A stretch of DNA of 61,870 bases, from positions 1-61,870 of the IMG/VR virus record IMGVR_UViG_3300018411_000001; one strand, written 5' to 3'. The position numbers and the translations under genes were made by a program. The DNA is from a virus (lineage: Duplodnaviria; Caudoviricetes). The notes beneath the pieces are model-generated. The model was not told the origin of the DNA and made no database searches. It saw only the letters and a program-made list of their open reading frames with translations. Shown piece after piece: positions 45,427 through 54,438 of the stretch (the first letter of the stretch is position 1; the number at the start of each line of letters is the position of its first letter).

Positions 45427-45575
45427 TGACAGCCATACTCCTATTCTTGGTGTGCTGCCTGCTTAGCGATGAAAAGCCAGCGGCCTGATACGCAAACTTT
45501 GCGCTGCATTATCCAATTTTACCGGGGCGATAGCGAAAATATTGCATAGAGCCCCACAAAACTACCGGAGACTAT

Positions 45576-46292
45576 ATGGACAACAAAGAACTTGTGCAGA
45601 AGCTGCGCGAACATCTCGCAGACAAAGAAGGTATCGACGGAAAGGCAGCGCCTGCCCTGCACCTGATGCGCCACGCGCTGCTGGCACTTGAGCGCCCAGC
45701 TGTGACAGAGGTGCGCCAGGAGGTGCTGGAAGATACTGCGACTGCCGATCTGCTGGAAGAGCGCGAAGGTTTCATCTACGGCCTGCTTGGTGAGCTGCAG
45801 CTGATCCCCGAGGTGGATGGCGAGCCGGTAGAGACGCTGGCCGATGCCATTGCAGCTGACTACGAGATCCTGGAGTCGCTGCACAGCGAGGTGGTGAACC
45901 TGTTCACGCGCTGGAACGAGAGCCCAGATACGGCCAGGGACAGGGATGTTTTCATTGGCGCCGTCTGCAACCTGCTGCAGCTCAATGGTGGCACTCCGCT
46001 ACGGGATGTGTGGAGCGCACTGGAAGCCAAGGCAACGTACCTGAACAGCCTGGTGCGCGGGATAGCCGAGCGAGATGACACCATCGCAGCCTTGGAGCTT
46101 GGCAAAATGGTAGAAGGCACGGATGCCGACGATCTGATCGGCCCAGCGCCTGACGTCAGCGCAACCTGGGCTGATGAAGCGCTGGATCTGGCGCACGCCG
46201 TGGTAAAAGACAAGAGCCGCGGCAACAGGGTGATGGCCAAGGCAGCTGCCATGCTCATCAACGACGCAAAGGGGATCCCGCTCAATGGGTAA
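45576..46292 (+). CDS. Hypothetical acidic protein
   Basis: SD GGAG; typical codon usage. Confidence 0.8.
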   Translation: MDNKELVQKLREHLADKEGIDGKAAPALHLMRHALLALERPAVTEVRQEVLEDTATADLLEEREGFIYGLLGELQLIPEVDGEPVETLADAIAADYEILESLHSEVVNLFTRWNESPDTARDRDVFIGAVCNLLQLNGGTPLRDVWSALEAKATYLNSLVRGIAERDDTIAALELGKMVEGTDADDLIGPAPDVSATWADEALDLAHAVVKDKSRGNRVMAKAAAMLINDAKGIPLNG

Positions 46293-46428
46293 GAAATCAG
46301 CCCCAGCCGGTGGCAGCGCACACAAGAAGCACCCCAAGGACTTCACCCATATGGCGGTGGCCTTCCGTGACCCGACCGCCATCAAGCGCTGGGTTAGCAG
46401 CAACTTCCCTCCGAAGGAGAGTGCATGA
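46285..46428 (+). CDS. Small 47-aa hypothetical protein
   Basis: Overlaps the upstream stop; ATGA overlap with the next gene. Confidence 0.5.
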   Translation: MGKKSAPAGGSAHKKHPKDFTHMAVAFRDPTAIKRWVSSNFPPKESA

Positions 46429-46622
46429 ACGACGAAAAGAGAGAGCGCCAAGCCGGGTACGTGAAAACCTACTACGACAAGCGCAAGGCGAAAGGGGACG
46501 TGAAGACAAACGTCTGGCTGACCCCGGCAGCTGCCCAGGCCCTGGATGATGCGATGAAGAAAAACAAGAAGACCAAAGAGGAAACCATCAACCAAGCCCT
46601 GCTGGAGCTTACAAAGCAGTAA
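46425..46622 (+). CDS. Ribbon-helix-helix-like DNA-binding protein
   Basis: KTNVWLT..A..ALD......K.ETINQAL. Confidence 0.65.
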   Translation: MNDEKRERQAGYVKTYYDKRKAKGDVKTNVWLTPAAAQALDDAMKKNKKTKEETINQALLELTKQ

Positions 46623-46640
46623 GTCAAACCACTGAATGTC

Positions 46641-46678
46641 GCCGCTGACGGGTCCATTTCGACCGCAGCGGCTTTTTT
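46641..46678 (+). terminator. Intrinsic terminator
   Basis: GCCGCTG/CAGCGGC stem followed by T6. Confidence 0.75.
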
Positions 46679-46706
46679 GTGCCTGCACCAATACCAGCGG
46701 CAGGGC

Positions 46707-46736
46707 AAAAAGAAAGGAGCGCTCTAAAGCGCTCCT
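46707..46736 (-). terminator. Intrinsic terminator of the replication operon
   Basis: AGGAGCGCT/AGCGCTCCT stem followed by TTCTTTTT. Confidence 0.85.
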
Positions 46737-46762
46737 ATGTCATTTCACCTGAACCTCGTCAC

Positions 46763-47176
46763 TCATTGCCCCTTGATATCCTCCCTCCAGCGATAACCGC
46801 CGTGCTTCTCCTGGGTGCCGTTCAGGCAAAGCGTGATGCTGTGCCGGCAGAAGCCACCGATGCGCTCGGCATCTGTGACGCTGGCGAACCTGACAACCTG
46901 CTCCTCCTCTTCGTTCTCACCTACCACCGGTGTCTTGTGCCACTGCGGATCCTGCACCAGGTCAACGAAAAGGCGGCGGGTGTGCCGCCCCTTCCCGTTC
47001 TCATCGCGTAGGCAGAAGTGCTCAATCCGGGTTGTGAAGCGTTTCTCTCGGTGGATCTGACTCAGTAAGACGCTGGCCTCGCTGACTGTCATGGAGAACT
47101 GCGCCGCCACATCCGCACTGATTGCGCCGCCTGGCCGAGCGTTTATCCACTCGGCCACATCTTGCACGATACTCAA
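46763..47176 (-). CDS. DNA-binding protein (wHTH-like plus NUMOD1-like)
   Basis: F.SV.DA.R...I..CL.G....HGGYRW C-terminus. Confidence 0.65.
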   Translation of the reverse strand: MSIVQDVAEWINARPGGAISADVAAQFSMTVSEASVLLSQIHREKRFTTRIEHFCLRDENGKGRHTRRLFVDLVQDPQWHKTPVVGENEEEEQVVRFASVTDAERIGGFCRHSITLCLNGTQEKHGGYRWREDIKGQ

Positions 47177-47358
47177 GTTTCACCCCCAGCATCAGCATCC
47201 AATGCCATCTCTTCCAGCCTAGCCTGCGCTTCCTCAATTCTCTCTGCGGCCTCGGCCGCATTGGCAACCGGCATCGGGATGAATAGGATGCCGGCCTCCT
47301 GAAGCGCCTTGGCCATATCCAAAGACCTTCTCATGTCAACCGGACTGGCGCGATTCAT
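47173..47358 (-). CDS. DUF1382-like protein
   Basis: RASPVDMRRSL..A..L..AGI.FIPMPV. Confidence 0.75.
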   Translation of the reverse strand: MNRASPVDMRRSLDMAKALQEAGILFIPMPVANAAEAAERIEEAQARLEEMALDADAGGET

Positions 47359-48407
47359 GCCGTCCTCCCCTTGCCAAGCATCTTGCGGGCCTTGGTCTGT
47401 TTCAGGCTGTCTTTCACCTTGATCGGCGTCAGGCTGTGGTCGATGGCTTCAAGCTCTGCCAGCACAGTGGTGAGGCTGTCCATGCCTTCCGTCAGCTCCG
47501 GCCCCTTCAACACAGCCTGGCCCACATCAAACATGGCGCTCTCCCTGTACTGCTCGAACAGGTACTTCTTGACGTCCTTGGGGATGGCCTTGTGCTTGAC
47601 GGTACCGATGTCGCCGTTTTGCAGCGGCACAGCGTCCCAGTGGTACCCTGCTGACGTTTCGACCCGGTAGATATACATGTGGTCGCGGCTGACCACCTCA
47701 TCGCCTGTGGGCTTGAACGTTTGCGACACGACGCATGGGCGGCGGTACAAGTAGTAGTGAATCCCGGCTACCTCGATAATCTTCTCGGCCTGCAGCCCCT
47801 CCAGGATCATCTGGTGCTGGGTATGGGTGATTGCGTCCTTGGCCTGCACCACCCCACGAGCGGCGCGCATCAGCAGAGACTCGGTGCGCTGCAGCTTCAT
47901 TTTGTCTTCGTTGTGCTCAGCCTCACGCTTGATGGCAGCCTCTTCCATGCGCTTGATGCGGGCTTTGGCCTTGTCCAGCTCTGACTTGAAGCGGCGGCCT
48001 TCGTCTGCGTCCCTCTTGTGAGCATCGCGCTGATGCACCAGCTGGGCGCTGGCTGCCTCGATCTTGCGCACCTTGTCCTCGTCGGCGCGGCGACCCTCTA
48101 TCAGCCGCTCACTGACTTTCTTGAGGGATAGGTATTCTTTCTCAAGGAAAGCGTGACACCCCTTAGCGGCTTCAAGCTCCTCATCTCTGGCCTCCAGCAG
48201 GTCAATCAGCGCGTTCTGCTCATCAACCATGCCGTTGGATGCCTCGATGATCATGGTCATGTTAGCGGTAAGCAGGCTCTCAAAGCTGCCGATGGCGACC
48301 TTGGCCGGGCCGTCAGGCATCTGCAGGATGTGCCCGATCTGCGTGGACAGGGAGGTGTGAGCCAGGTTTGCCGCTTCGCCGGCTGTCAATTTGGTTTGTT
48401 CAGTCAT
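47355..48407 (-). CDS. Coiled-coil hypothetical protein
   Basis: 350-aa ORF coupled to its neighbours. Confidence 0.8.
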   Translation of the reverse strand: MTEQTKLTAGEAANLAHTSLSTQIGHILQMPDGPAKVAIGSFESLLTANMTMIIEASNGMVDEQNALIDLLEARDEELEAAKGCHAFLEKEYLSLKKVSERLIEGRRADEDKVRKIEAASAQLVHQRDAHKRDADEGRRFKSELDKAKARIKRMEEAAIKREAEHNEDKMKLQRTESLLMRAARGVVQAKDAITHTQHQMILEGLQAEKIIEVAGIHYYLYRRPCVVSQTFKPTGDEVVSRDHMYIYRVETSAGYHWDAVPLQNGDIGTVKHKAIPKDVKKYLFEQYRESAMFDVGQAVLKGPELTEGMDSLTTVLAELEAIDHSLTPIKVKDSLKQTKARKMLGKGRTA

Positions 48408-48558
48408 CTTGTTTAGTCCGTAGTGATGGATTTGCTACCTGCATCATTTCGCTGAAATGGCGCTCGCGCATGGTCTGCAGGCGTCTTGCGTGCTGTTCGG
48501 CCGCGATCCGCTCTTCGGTGCGGTGACGGGCCTTCATTTGGGCGTAGGTCTCTTTCAC
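48400..48558 (-). CDS. Small 52-aa hypothetical protein (MKETYAQMKARH...)
   Basis: GTGA overlap upstream; its stop overlaps the start of the next gene. Confidence 0.55.
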   Translation of the reverse strand: MKETYAQMKARHRTEERIAAEQHARRLQTMRERHFSEMMQVANPSLRTKQDD

Positions 48559-49274
48559 TGGCCGCCCCTTTCCAGGTTTTCGAAATACTCGTTGGCTCTC
48601 TGCATGCTCTCAGCCCTGCGGCGCTCGGCGGCCAGTCGATCAGGCTCATTGGCTCCGTGCATCTTGGCAGCAAGCTCCTGCAGGGCAGCAGCTATCTTGG
48701 CGCGGTTATCCTCCATCGCGGCCTGTTGCTGCTTGGTTGGTGGCGGCAGAGCCAGCACCGGCGCAGGTGGGGGGAGCAGGCCCTCTGTCTGCGCCTGCCT
48801 GATCGCGGCCTCGTGCATTATCTTGTCTTCACCCGGTGACACCTCGTACTGCGGCTTTGCCCCGCTGTTCTTGGCGTTGGCCACCTCTCGCTCGTATGCA
48901 GCGATGAAGGCCATGCGGGCCCCCACCTTGTCGCCCGCTTCAATCATCGGCAGCGCCACGAACCAGGCCTGGCGAGCCTCGCGGGACCAGACAACTGTCC
49001 TGCTCTCGTCGGCTGCCGGCAAGGCCCTCGACCACGCCTCATTTGCAGCAAGCCATCCACCAGCTGGCGCCAGTAGTTCAATGATGCCTTTCAGCGTCAG
49101 CCGGCCGGACAGCTCTTTGCGGCACCGGTTCAAGGTGTTGGCCACCGCAGAGAACTCATATTCAGCCAGGTCGGAAACCATCATCATCACGGCAGCGGGT
49201 TTCAGCTCGTGCCCCATCACCTCAGCCGTCACCATGATCATATCCACCATCTGCTCCTCTTGCTCATGGGTCAT
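48555..49274 (-). CDS. Replication accessory protein, putative helicase loader (lambda P position)
   Basis: Directly follows the initiator; NEAW..AL and ARMAF..AYER motifs. Confidence 0.6.
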   Translation of the reverse strand: MTHEQEEQMVDMIMVTAEVMGHELKPAAVMMMVSDLAEYEFSAVANTLNRCRKELSGRLTLKGIIELLAPAGGWLAANEAWSRALPAADESRTVVWSREARQAWFVALPMIEAGDKVGARMAFIAAYEREVANAKNSGAKPQYEVSPGEDKIMHEAAIRQAQTEGLLPPPAPVLALPPPTKQQQAAMEDNRAKIAAALQELAAKMHGANEPDRLAAERRRAESMQRANEYFENLERGGQ

Positions 49275-50156
49275 TTAGCTTCCCTCCCGGTCCCTGCGGG
49301 CACGCAGCATGGCCTTGGCCTGTTCCGCGGCGTTCACGTTGGTTTGAGTGCTGTCTATCTGTCGGGCCTGCCCTGCTGTCATGGCACGGCCAGTCGCCCA
49401 CTGGGTGCGGTAAGCCTCGGCCTTGGCCACCAGCACCCCCAGTTCGTGGCAATTGCGCACCACGTAGGTCTCGTTGATGTTGCGCACGAAGAAGTCAGCC
49501 ACCGGTGCGGCCTCCTCCCCCAGTCGCTGCACCAGCTGCTTAACCTGGGCGTTCACCTTGGCGTTGCGGATCGGGCCGGTCTGGTAGCGGTCGAAGTACG
49601 CAGCCTTGTAAGAGTCCCAGCAGGCACGGCATTTGGCCTGGAAGACGGTTTCTTCCTGATCCACCTGTTTCTCTTTTGGCAACACTACAGACACGCCAGT
49701 ACCTCTCGGGGCCGGTGCCGAATTTTCGGCAACGGATAAAGGTTTACTTCCTGGTTTATCTTCCTGGTTTAAATTACTGGTTTGTAGCTCACTGTGACCC
49801 CACCCCTCCCCCTCAGATTGAACCGACCCCTCAGCCTGCTGCGAACCCACCGTGCGTTTTTTACGGACTGGGTGGGGTCTCTGTGAACTCACCTCTAGGT
49901 GTAAGTGGTACTGGTTTGGTAGTGAGACGCCATCCTGTGATCTGCCCTCCACCGTCAGCAAGCCCAAACCCTCCAGTCGGTCGATGCTGCGCTTGAGCGT
50001 TGACTTGCTCATGCCGCAGTCCTTGGCCAGGTTCCGATGAGATGGGTCACACCGCCCAGTATCGTGGTTGCAGCGGTTGGCCAGCATAAGCAGGACCATC
50101 TTCTCTGCCGTTCTCAGGTCCTGATCGCAAGCCCATGTCATTGCCTGAAAGCTCAT
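49275..50156 (-). CDS. Replication initiator (O-like, N-terminal wHTH)
   Basis: MSFQAMTWA..EKMVLL.LA...CDPS...LA..CGMS.ST..R.I..LE..GL. Confidence 0.85.
   Translation of the reverse strand: MSFQAMTWACDQDLRTAEKMVLLMLANRCNHDTGRCDPSHRNLAKDCGMSKSTLKRSIDRLEGLGLLTVEGRSQDGVSLPNQYHLHLEVSSQRPHPVRKKRTVGSQQAEGSVQSEGEGWGHSELQTSNLNQEDKPGSKPLSVAENSAPAPRGTGVSVVLPKEKQVDQEETVFQAKCRACWDSYKAAYFDRYQTGPIRNAKVNAQVKQLVQRLGEEAAPVADFFVRNINETYVVRNCHELGVLVAKAEAYRTQWATGRAMTAGQARQIDSTQTNVNAAEQAKAMLRARRDREGS
49735..49855. other. Putative replication origin within the initiator gene
   Basis: Four GGTTT units at about 12-13 bp spacing in an AT-rich patch, beside three GA(A)CC.ACC iteron-like units. Confidence 0.55.
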
Positions 50157-50539
50157 GAAGCCCTCCCGTCGTCCAGGTGGAACGCGCCAGACGCATCCTG
50201 CCGGCGCCAGTTCATCCGCACCACGTAGCGATAGGCGTTCATGCGCTTGGCTGGGTCTCCATCCAGGCCATAATCCATCAGGTGCTCGCGCAGCTTCGTG
50301 AAATACCAGTCGATCCCGGGCGCGGTGAAGAAGTCCCGCTTCCACTCCGTCTCGTTGATCAGCCAGTCACGGGCCTCAATGCAGGGCACACAGACCTTGT
50401 AGACCGAAAACTCCCCATCCCATTGGCCCTTGGTGCGCTCGTAGACGTCCAGGGGCTCTATGATGCCGCCACACTCACAGCACTGGTGCTGCTTGCGGGC
50501 TACGTGGTGAGTTACCTCTGTGAATAAGGGTTTGCTCAT
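50153..50539 (-). CDS. Zinc-binding hypothetical protein
   Basis: ARKQHQCCECG and CVPC. Confidence 0.78.
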   Translation of the reverse strand: MSKPLFTEVTHHVARKQHQCCECGGIIEPLDVYERTKGQWDGEFSVYKVCVPCIEARDWLINETEWKRDFFTAPGIDWYFTKLREHLMDYGLDGDPAKRMNAYRYVVRMNWRRQDASGAFHLDDGRAS

Positions 50540-50793
50540 GCAGCACCACCTTGACGTGGGGCGAACACCAGTACCGCTTTCCACATGTCGGCGGGATCAG
50601 CGAAATAGCTGATGGATTCCACTTGGTAGCGGGTTTCGCCATTTCCATTCGACAGTAGGACAAAATTTCCAGCTTTAAGCCCGGCACCCCAGCCGGTGGC
50701 GCCAAGGCGGATTCCTTTTTCGTCCAGGGGGCGATAGGTGATGTCGTGACCAAAACCACGATGAGCGTTGGTGTAGTCGTGCGTATTGCTCAT
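50536..50793 (-). CDS. Hypothetical protein
   Basis: ATGA coupling downstream; part of a tightly packed operon. Confidence 0.75.
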   Translation of the reverse strand: MSNTHDYTNAHRGFGHDITYRPLDEKGIRLGATGWGAGLKAGNFVLLSNGNGETRYQVESISYFADPADMWKAVLVFAPRQGGAA

Positions 50794-51257
50794 CTGTGGA
50801 CCCCCAGTTTGTTCAGTTCATCAAGCACCAGGTGGGTGAGCTCATGGGCTATGCGGTGGGACAGCACCTCGCGTGGGTACCAGTGCAGGGCCTCCTCGGT
50901 GATTGCATAGCCCCAGCGGTGGTGCTTGTAGGTCAGGAATACGTGAGCCTCCTGGCGGTGGCTTAGCGGGCGCTCGTCCAGCTTCATGGTCATGGGGTGC
51001 GCATAGTTGCCGTTGCGCATGCGAACGGTGGCCATGGGGTCGTATTTGGTGGGCCCCAGTGCCTCCATGACGTTTGCACGGAAGGCGGGGTTATCCAGAC
51101 CAAGCACAGCCTCGGCATCGCGCAGAGCGGCACGCAGGCGGCTGTTTTCGGATATCTGAGTGCCAGCCACTTCGATATGGGTTTGGTTAACTGCCTGCAG
51201 CTGCGCCAGCTCTTGCACAAGGCGGCGCTTCTGGTTGCGGCCAAATCGCTTGCTCAT
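50790..51257 (-). CDS. Hypothetical protein
   Basis: MSKRFGRNQKRR start; coupled. Confidence 0.75.
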   Translation of the reverse strand: MSKRFGRNQKRRLVQELAQLQAVNQTHIEVAGTQISENSRLRAALRDAEAVLGLDNPAFRANVMEALGPTKYDPMATVRMRNGNYAHPMTMKLDERPLSHRQEAHVFLTYKHHRWGYAITEEALHWYPREVLSHRIAHELTHLVLDELNKLGVHR

Positions 51258-51616
51258 GATGCACCCCCTTCTGCGCTGGATATTGCCTTTCTGGCCTGGC
51301 GGTACGCCGCCGCGATTTCCTCGTCAGCAGAGGTGACCACTTCTATGTTGCTGGTGGTGGAGCCGTACTTGTTCAATACCTCCAGCAATACCTTGGTGGC
51401 TGCCAGCAACTCGTCGCGCTGCTGCTTGACAGTCTCCAGGGTTTCCTGCTGTGCCAGAAACTCGTCCAGCTGTTCCGGCTGGATGTAGGTCGTGCCGCCG
51501 TAAGCCAGCCTGCGGAACTTGTGTGTGGTTTCACCATGAAAGCGGTCTAGGCCAATGTACTCCACCATGCCGTTCCACCGGCTTTTGTACACGGCGCCTT
51601 TTTGAAGGGTGATCAT
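51254..51616 (-). CDS. Hypothetical protein
   Basis: Coupled; QQRDELLAA motif. Confidence 0.75.
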   Translation of the reverse strand: MITLQKGAVYKSRWNGMVEYIGLDRFHGETTHKFRRLAYGGTTYIQPEQLDEFLAQQETLETVKQQRDELLAATKVLLEVLNKYGSTTSNIEVVTSADEEIAAAYRQARKAISSAEGGAS

Positions 51617-52713
51617 GCTGCACCCCCTGCTTGGCTGGTGGCCTGCTGCGGGTCTGATTCAGGGCGCCGCTCAAGGGTTTCGCGCCAGTCTCCAATTACC
51701 TCGCCAACGCACCCCGTGCTTGAACTGGGGCCGGCAAACCGCTCAGTGGAGCCAAGCCAGAACCATTCTCCGCTGCGGCGCTGGGTAACTGATAGCGCCC
51801 AATCTGGGGCTTCATCCCAACCAGGCTTGTTCTGCAGCTCCGCCTTGCGCTCCAGGTACTCGGCCTTGGTGAACCAGTGATACTCGGCGTAGTTGGACAG
51901 GCTCGGCATCGAGGCGGGGCCTGTCCACACATAATCCTCAGCTCCATCCCTTGCGATATGGGTGCACTTCCCGAACCACTCTCCCTTCGTCTCGCGAACC
52001 AGCCAAGCGAGATGAGCGCGCAGTTGCGCCTCTGTCGGCGCGTGGTTGTCGTTCGCAGGGATGATAGCCACGCCGGGGCGCAGCTCGACTGAGTTTGTGG
52101 GGGCCTCGTTGCCCCAGTGGTCCCAGCCGGCCGCGTCACTGCGGCTGAACAGCTCGACGCGCTTCACGTCGCCGTACAGCTTTTCGATGGCTTCGCGGAT
52201 TTCTGTCGGCTTTGCGCTGTGCTTGCCAATGGGCGCCATGATCATCTGCTTGATGTTTGCCTGCAGACGGGGAAGACCCTTGCCCTTTACGGCCACCAGC
52301 ACGTTCTCGACGTTGCTGCGGGTGTAGTTGCCCAGGCCCATGCGGGTTTGCTCTGCGATGAGGGCGAGGATTTCGGCGCCGGTTATCGCGTAGCAGGCGG
52401 CGGCGTGGGCGGCCAGTTGGCTGTCGATGTGCTGCTCCGCCAGCTTGTTGAGCTTGTGCCAGGAGAACAGACACATGTTCTTGACCTTGAAGCCCCAGGC
52501 CTCCGCCAGCTGGATGGCCTCCAGCGGCATCGGGGGGACCCACCACATCGCGAGAACGGCATCATCAGCAGCCAGATCCCATACGGGCAGGCGCTTGAGT
52601 TCAGCCAGGGTCATTGTGGGGTAGTGGTTTTCGGCTTTCGCCCGGGATCCCTTGTTGTCGTATGACCAACTCGGGTCAGCGTAAATCAATGAATACTTTT
52701 CTGTCGGTTGCAT
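51613..52713 (-). CDS. MT-A70-family adenine methyltransferase with an extra C-terminal domain
   Basis: IYADPSW, HYPTM, AWGF, GLGNYTRSN.E, HSAKP, ELFSR, WGNE. Confidence 0.9.
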   Translation of the reverse strand: MQPTEKYSLIYADPSWSYDNKGSRAKAENHYPTMTLAELKRLPVWDLAADDAVLAMWWVPPMPLEAIQLAEAWGFKVKNMCLFSWHKLNKLAEQHIDSQLAAHAAACYAITGAEILALIAEQTRMGLGNYTRSNVENVLVAVKGKGLPRLQANIKQMIMAPIGKHSAKPTEIREAIEKLYGDVKRVELFSRSDAAGWDHWGNEAPTNSVELRPGVAIIPANDNHAPTEAQLRAHLAWLVRETKGEWFGKCTHIARDGAEDYVWTGPASMPSLSNYAEYHWFTKAEYLERKAELQNKPGWDEAPDWALSVTQRRSGEWFWLGSTERFAGPSSSTGCVGEVIGDWRETLERRPESDPQQATSQAGGAA

Positions 52714-52726
52714 AAAATGCTCGCAT

Positions 52727-52860
52727 AAAAAAACCGCTTGCTTGCAGTGGTGACTCTCCACCCAGACCAAAATGGACTGAGAAGACACTGCAAAACAAAG
52801 CGGTTCGGTCTTCATTGTAGCTGGATGGAGTCAGGGAGTCACTCCTGCTTTGCCCACCAG
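52727..52860 (-). promoter_or_regulatory. Attenuator-like structured leader with intrinsic terminator
   Basis: AACCGCTT/AAGCGGTT and TTGCAGTG/CACTGCAA stems plus a U-run; competing CTCCATCCAG/CTGGGTGGAG helix. Confidence 0.6.
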
Positions 52861-52910
52861 CCGAATCAATTGTTGCTATCTTGGGCCCTGCGTTGTCGTT
52901 TTGGCAACAG

Positions 52911-53336
52911 TCAGGGCACGATTTCCTCGATTACCCAGCCGCCACCCTCAGCCTTTGACTGCGGGTACGCGACCTTGAACACAAACGGGTAGGTGTCAGC
53001 GGCGATCTTCATTTTTGCCCTGGCATCATCCGTGAAAAGCGCCTTCGCCCCCTTGACGTCGATCATGGTCAGGATTCCGGTGTCAGGCAGCACAGCGAAA
53101 TCGACAGTCAGTGAGGTGTTCTTCGCCAGCATCAGCTTGACGCCCTCAAACTTCCACCACTGCACCCTAGCGGTGTGGCGCTCAAGCTCCAGATGCTGGG
53201 CAAAGCGCTCCTCTGTCTTGTTCATCTGGCCGGTTTTCAGTCTGCCCAGCGCCTGCATTCGCTGCGTGCTGGTGGGCTTGGGGGCCGTCTTGCGCTTTTG
53301 CAGGCGGGCGACATCCTCCTCCGTCCAGTTCGCCAT
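52911..53336 (-). CDS. PD-(D/E)xK nuclease (DUF1064-like)
   Basis: MNKTE..F..HLE, FEG.KL, DF.V, DVKG. Confidence 0.8.
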   Translation of the reverse strand: MANWTEEDVARLQKRKTAPKPTSTQRMQALGRLKTGQMNKTEERFAQHLELERHTARVQWWKFEGVKLMLAKNTSLTVDFAVLPDTGILTMIDVKGAKALFTDDARAKMKIAADTYPFVFKVAYPQSKAEGGGWVIEEIVP

Positions 53337-53695
53337 TACTCGCGCTCCTCGACAACTGCCTGATCTACCCGCACACCTGCAGCCCGAGAGAACGCCACGC
53401 ACTGCGCATAGGTCGGTTCGCGGGTGAAGTAGATCACGGCCTGGTTATCCACCATCGGCAGGGTCAGGCGCCAGGCTGCCCATCCCTCGTTGAGCCAGCC
53501 GTTTTCGTCAATTTCGCACTCGGTTTGCTCGGCACCTCGATTACTGCGCGCTTCGGCCTGCTGGCGCTCGTGGTGCATGTGCATGTGCATGGCCTCGACG
53601 CTCAGCTCCAGTATCTTCTGGGTGAGATCGTCAGGTACCCCGTCACCCATGAGGGCGTTGACCGCATCTATGGCCGGTGTGGTCAGGTCTTTCAT
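53336..53695 (-). CDS. Hypothetical protein
   Basis: TAATG coupling to the next gene. Confidence 0.7.
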   Translation of the reverse strand: MKDLTTPAIDAVNALMGDGVPDDLTQKILELSVEAMHMHMHHERQQAEARSNRGAEQTECEIDENGWLNEGWAAWRLTLPMVDNQAVIYFTREPTYAQCVAFSRAAGVRVDQAVVEERE

Positions 53696-53696
53696 A

Positions 53697-54428
53697 TCAG
53701 GCAACCTTGCTCTGCACGACGGCGAAGCCCTTGATGTGGTGATAGGTGGCAAGCTCGTTGCCGCTCGGCTTGCGCGGCACATATTTGAAGGTCAGCTGAC
53801 CGGTTTCGCGGTCGTAGTAGCGCACGCGATAGGCCATATCCGCTTGCTCCCAGCGCGGGTTATGCTCGGACCGGTCCTGGTAGGTGTTGGCGTAGTGGGA
53901 GGTGACGCCAACCCAATCATCGCGCAGTCTGTCCCACTCGTTCACATGCACATAGTGGGTGCGGTCGACGAACTTGGTGAAGTGCTCCTCGAACTGCTCC
54001 TGGGTGGGCTGGTAGGCGAAATGCACCACGTAGCTGTCACTGGGGTCCTTCTCGCGGGACAGGACGACTATCTGCCAGTCATAGCCCTGGATGTGATCGC
54101 GGCGACTGGTGGTGATGGGCTGGGCCACATAATCGTCAACCACTGCAGCTGCAGGGGCCTGGCTGAACTCTTCCGGCAAGCCCTTGAGAGGGGTCGCCTC
54201 AATTTGGTGGCGCATTGAAGCAATGGCTTCATCAAGGCTATGCCCTGAGCCAGATACGACGACAGCGCTATCTGGGCTGCTGGTCGTGGTGGACTGGTAA
54301 CCCTCGGTCATGTCCAGCAGGTTGATGAAGATAGACCCCTCTTCCTCGGTCAGATCCTTGCCGGTCATGGTGTTGAACATGATGACGGTCTTTTTCAATG
54401 CTGTCTTAAATTCGCTTATCGCTTCCAC
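53697..54428 (-). CDS. Hypothetical protein with DUF6378-like N-terminus
   Basis: FNTMTGKDLTEEEG..F..LL; SD GAGGAAAGGA before GTG. Confidence 0.7.
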   Translation of the reverse strand: MEAISEFKTALKKTVIMFNTMTGKDLTEEEGSIFINLLDMTEGYQSTTTSSPDSAVVVSGSGHSLDEAIASMRHQIEATPLKGLPEEFSQAPAAAVVDDYVAQPITTSRRDHIQGYDWQIVVLSREKDPSDSYVVHFAYQPTQEQFEEHFTKFVDRTHYVHVNEWDRLRDDWVGVTSHYANTYQDRSEHNPRWEQADMAYRVRYYDRETGQLTFKYVPRKPSGNELATYHHIKGFAVVQSKVA

Positions 54429-54438
54429 AGTCCTTTCC

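Noticed and set aside
48413-48673. 86-aa ORF from the track
   Set aside because: The alternative frame 48400-48558 couples to both neighbours and is more plausible
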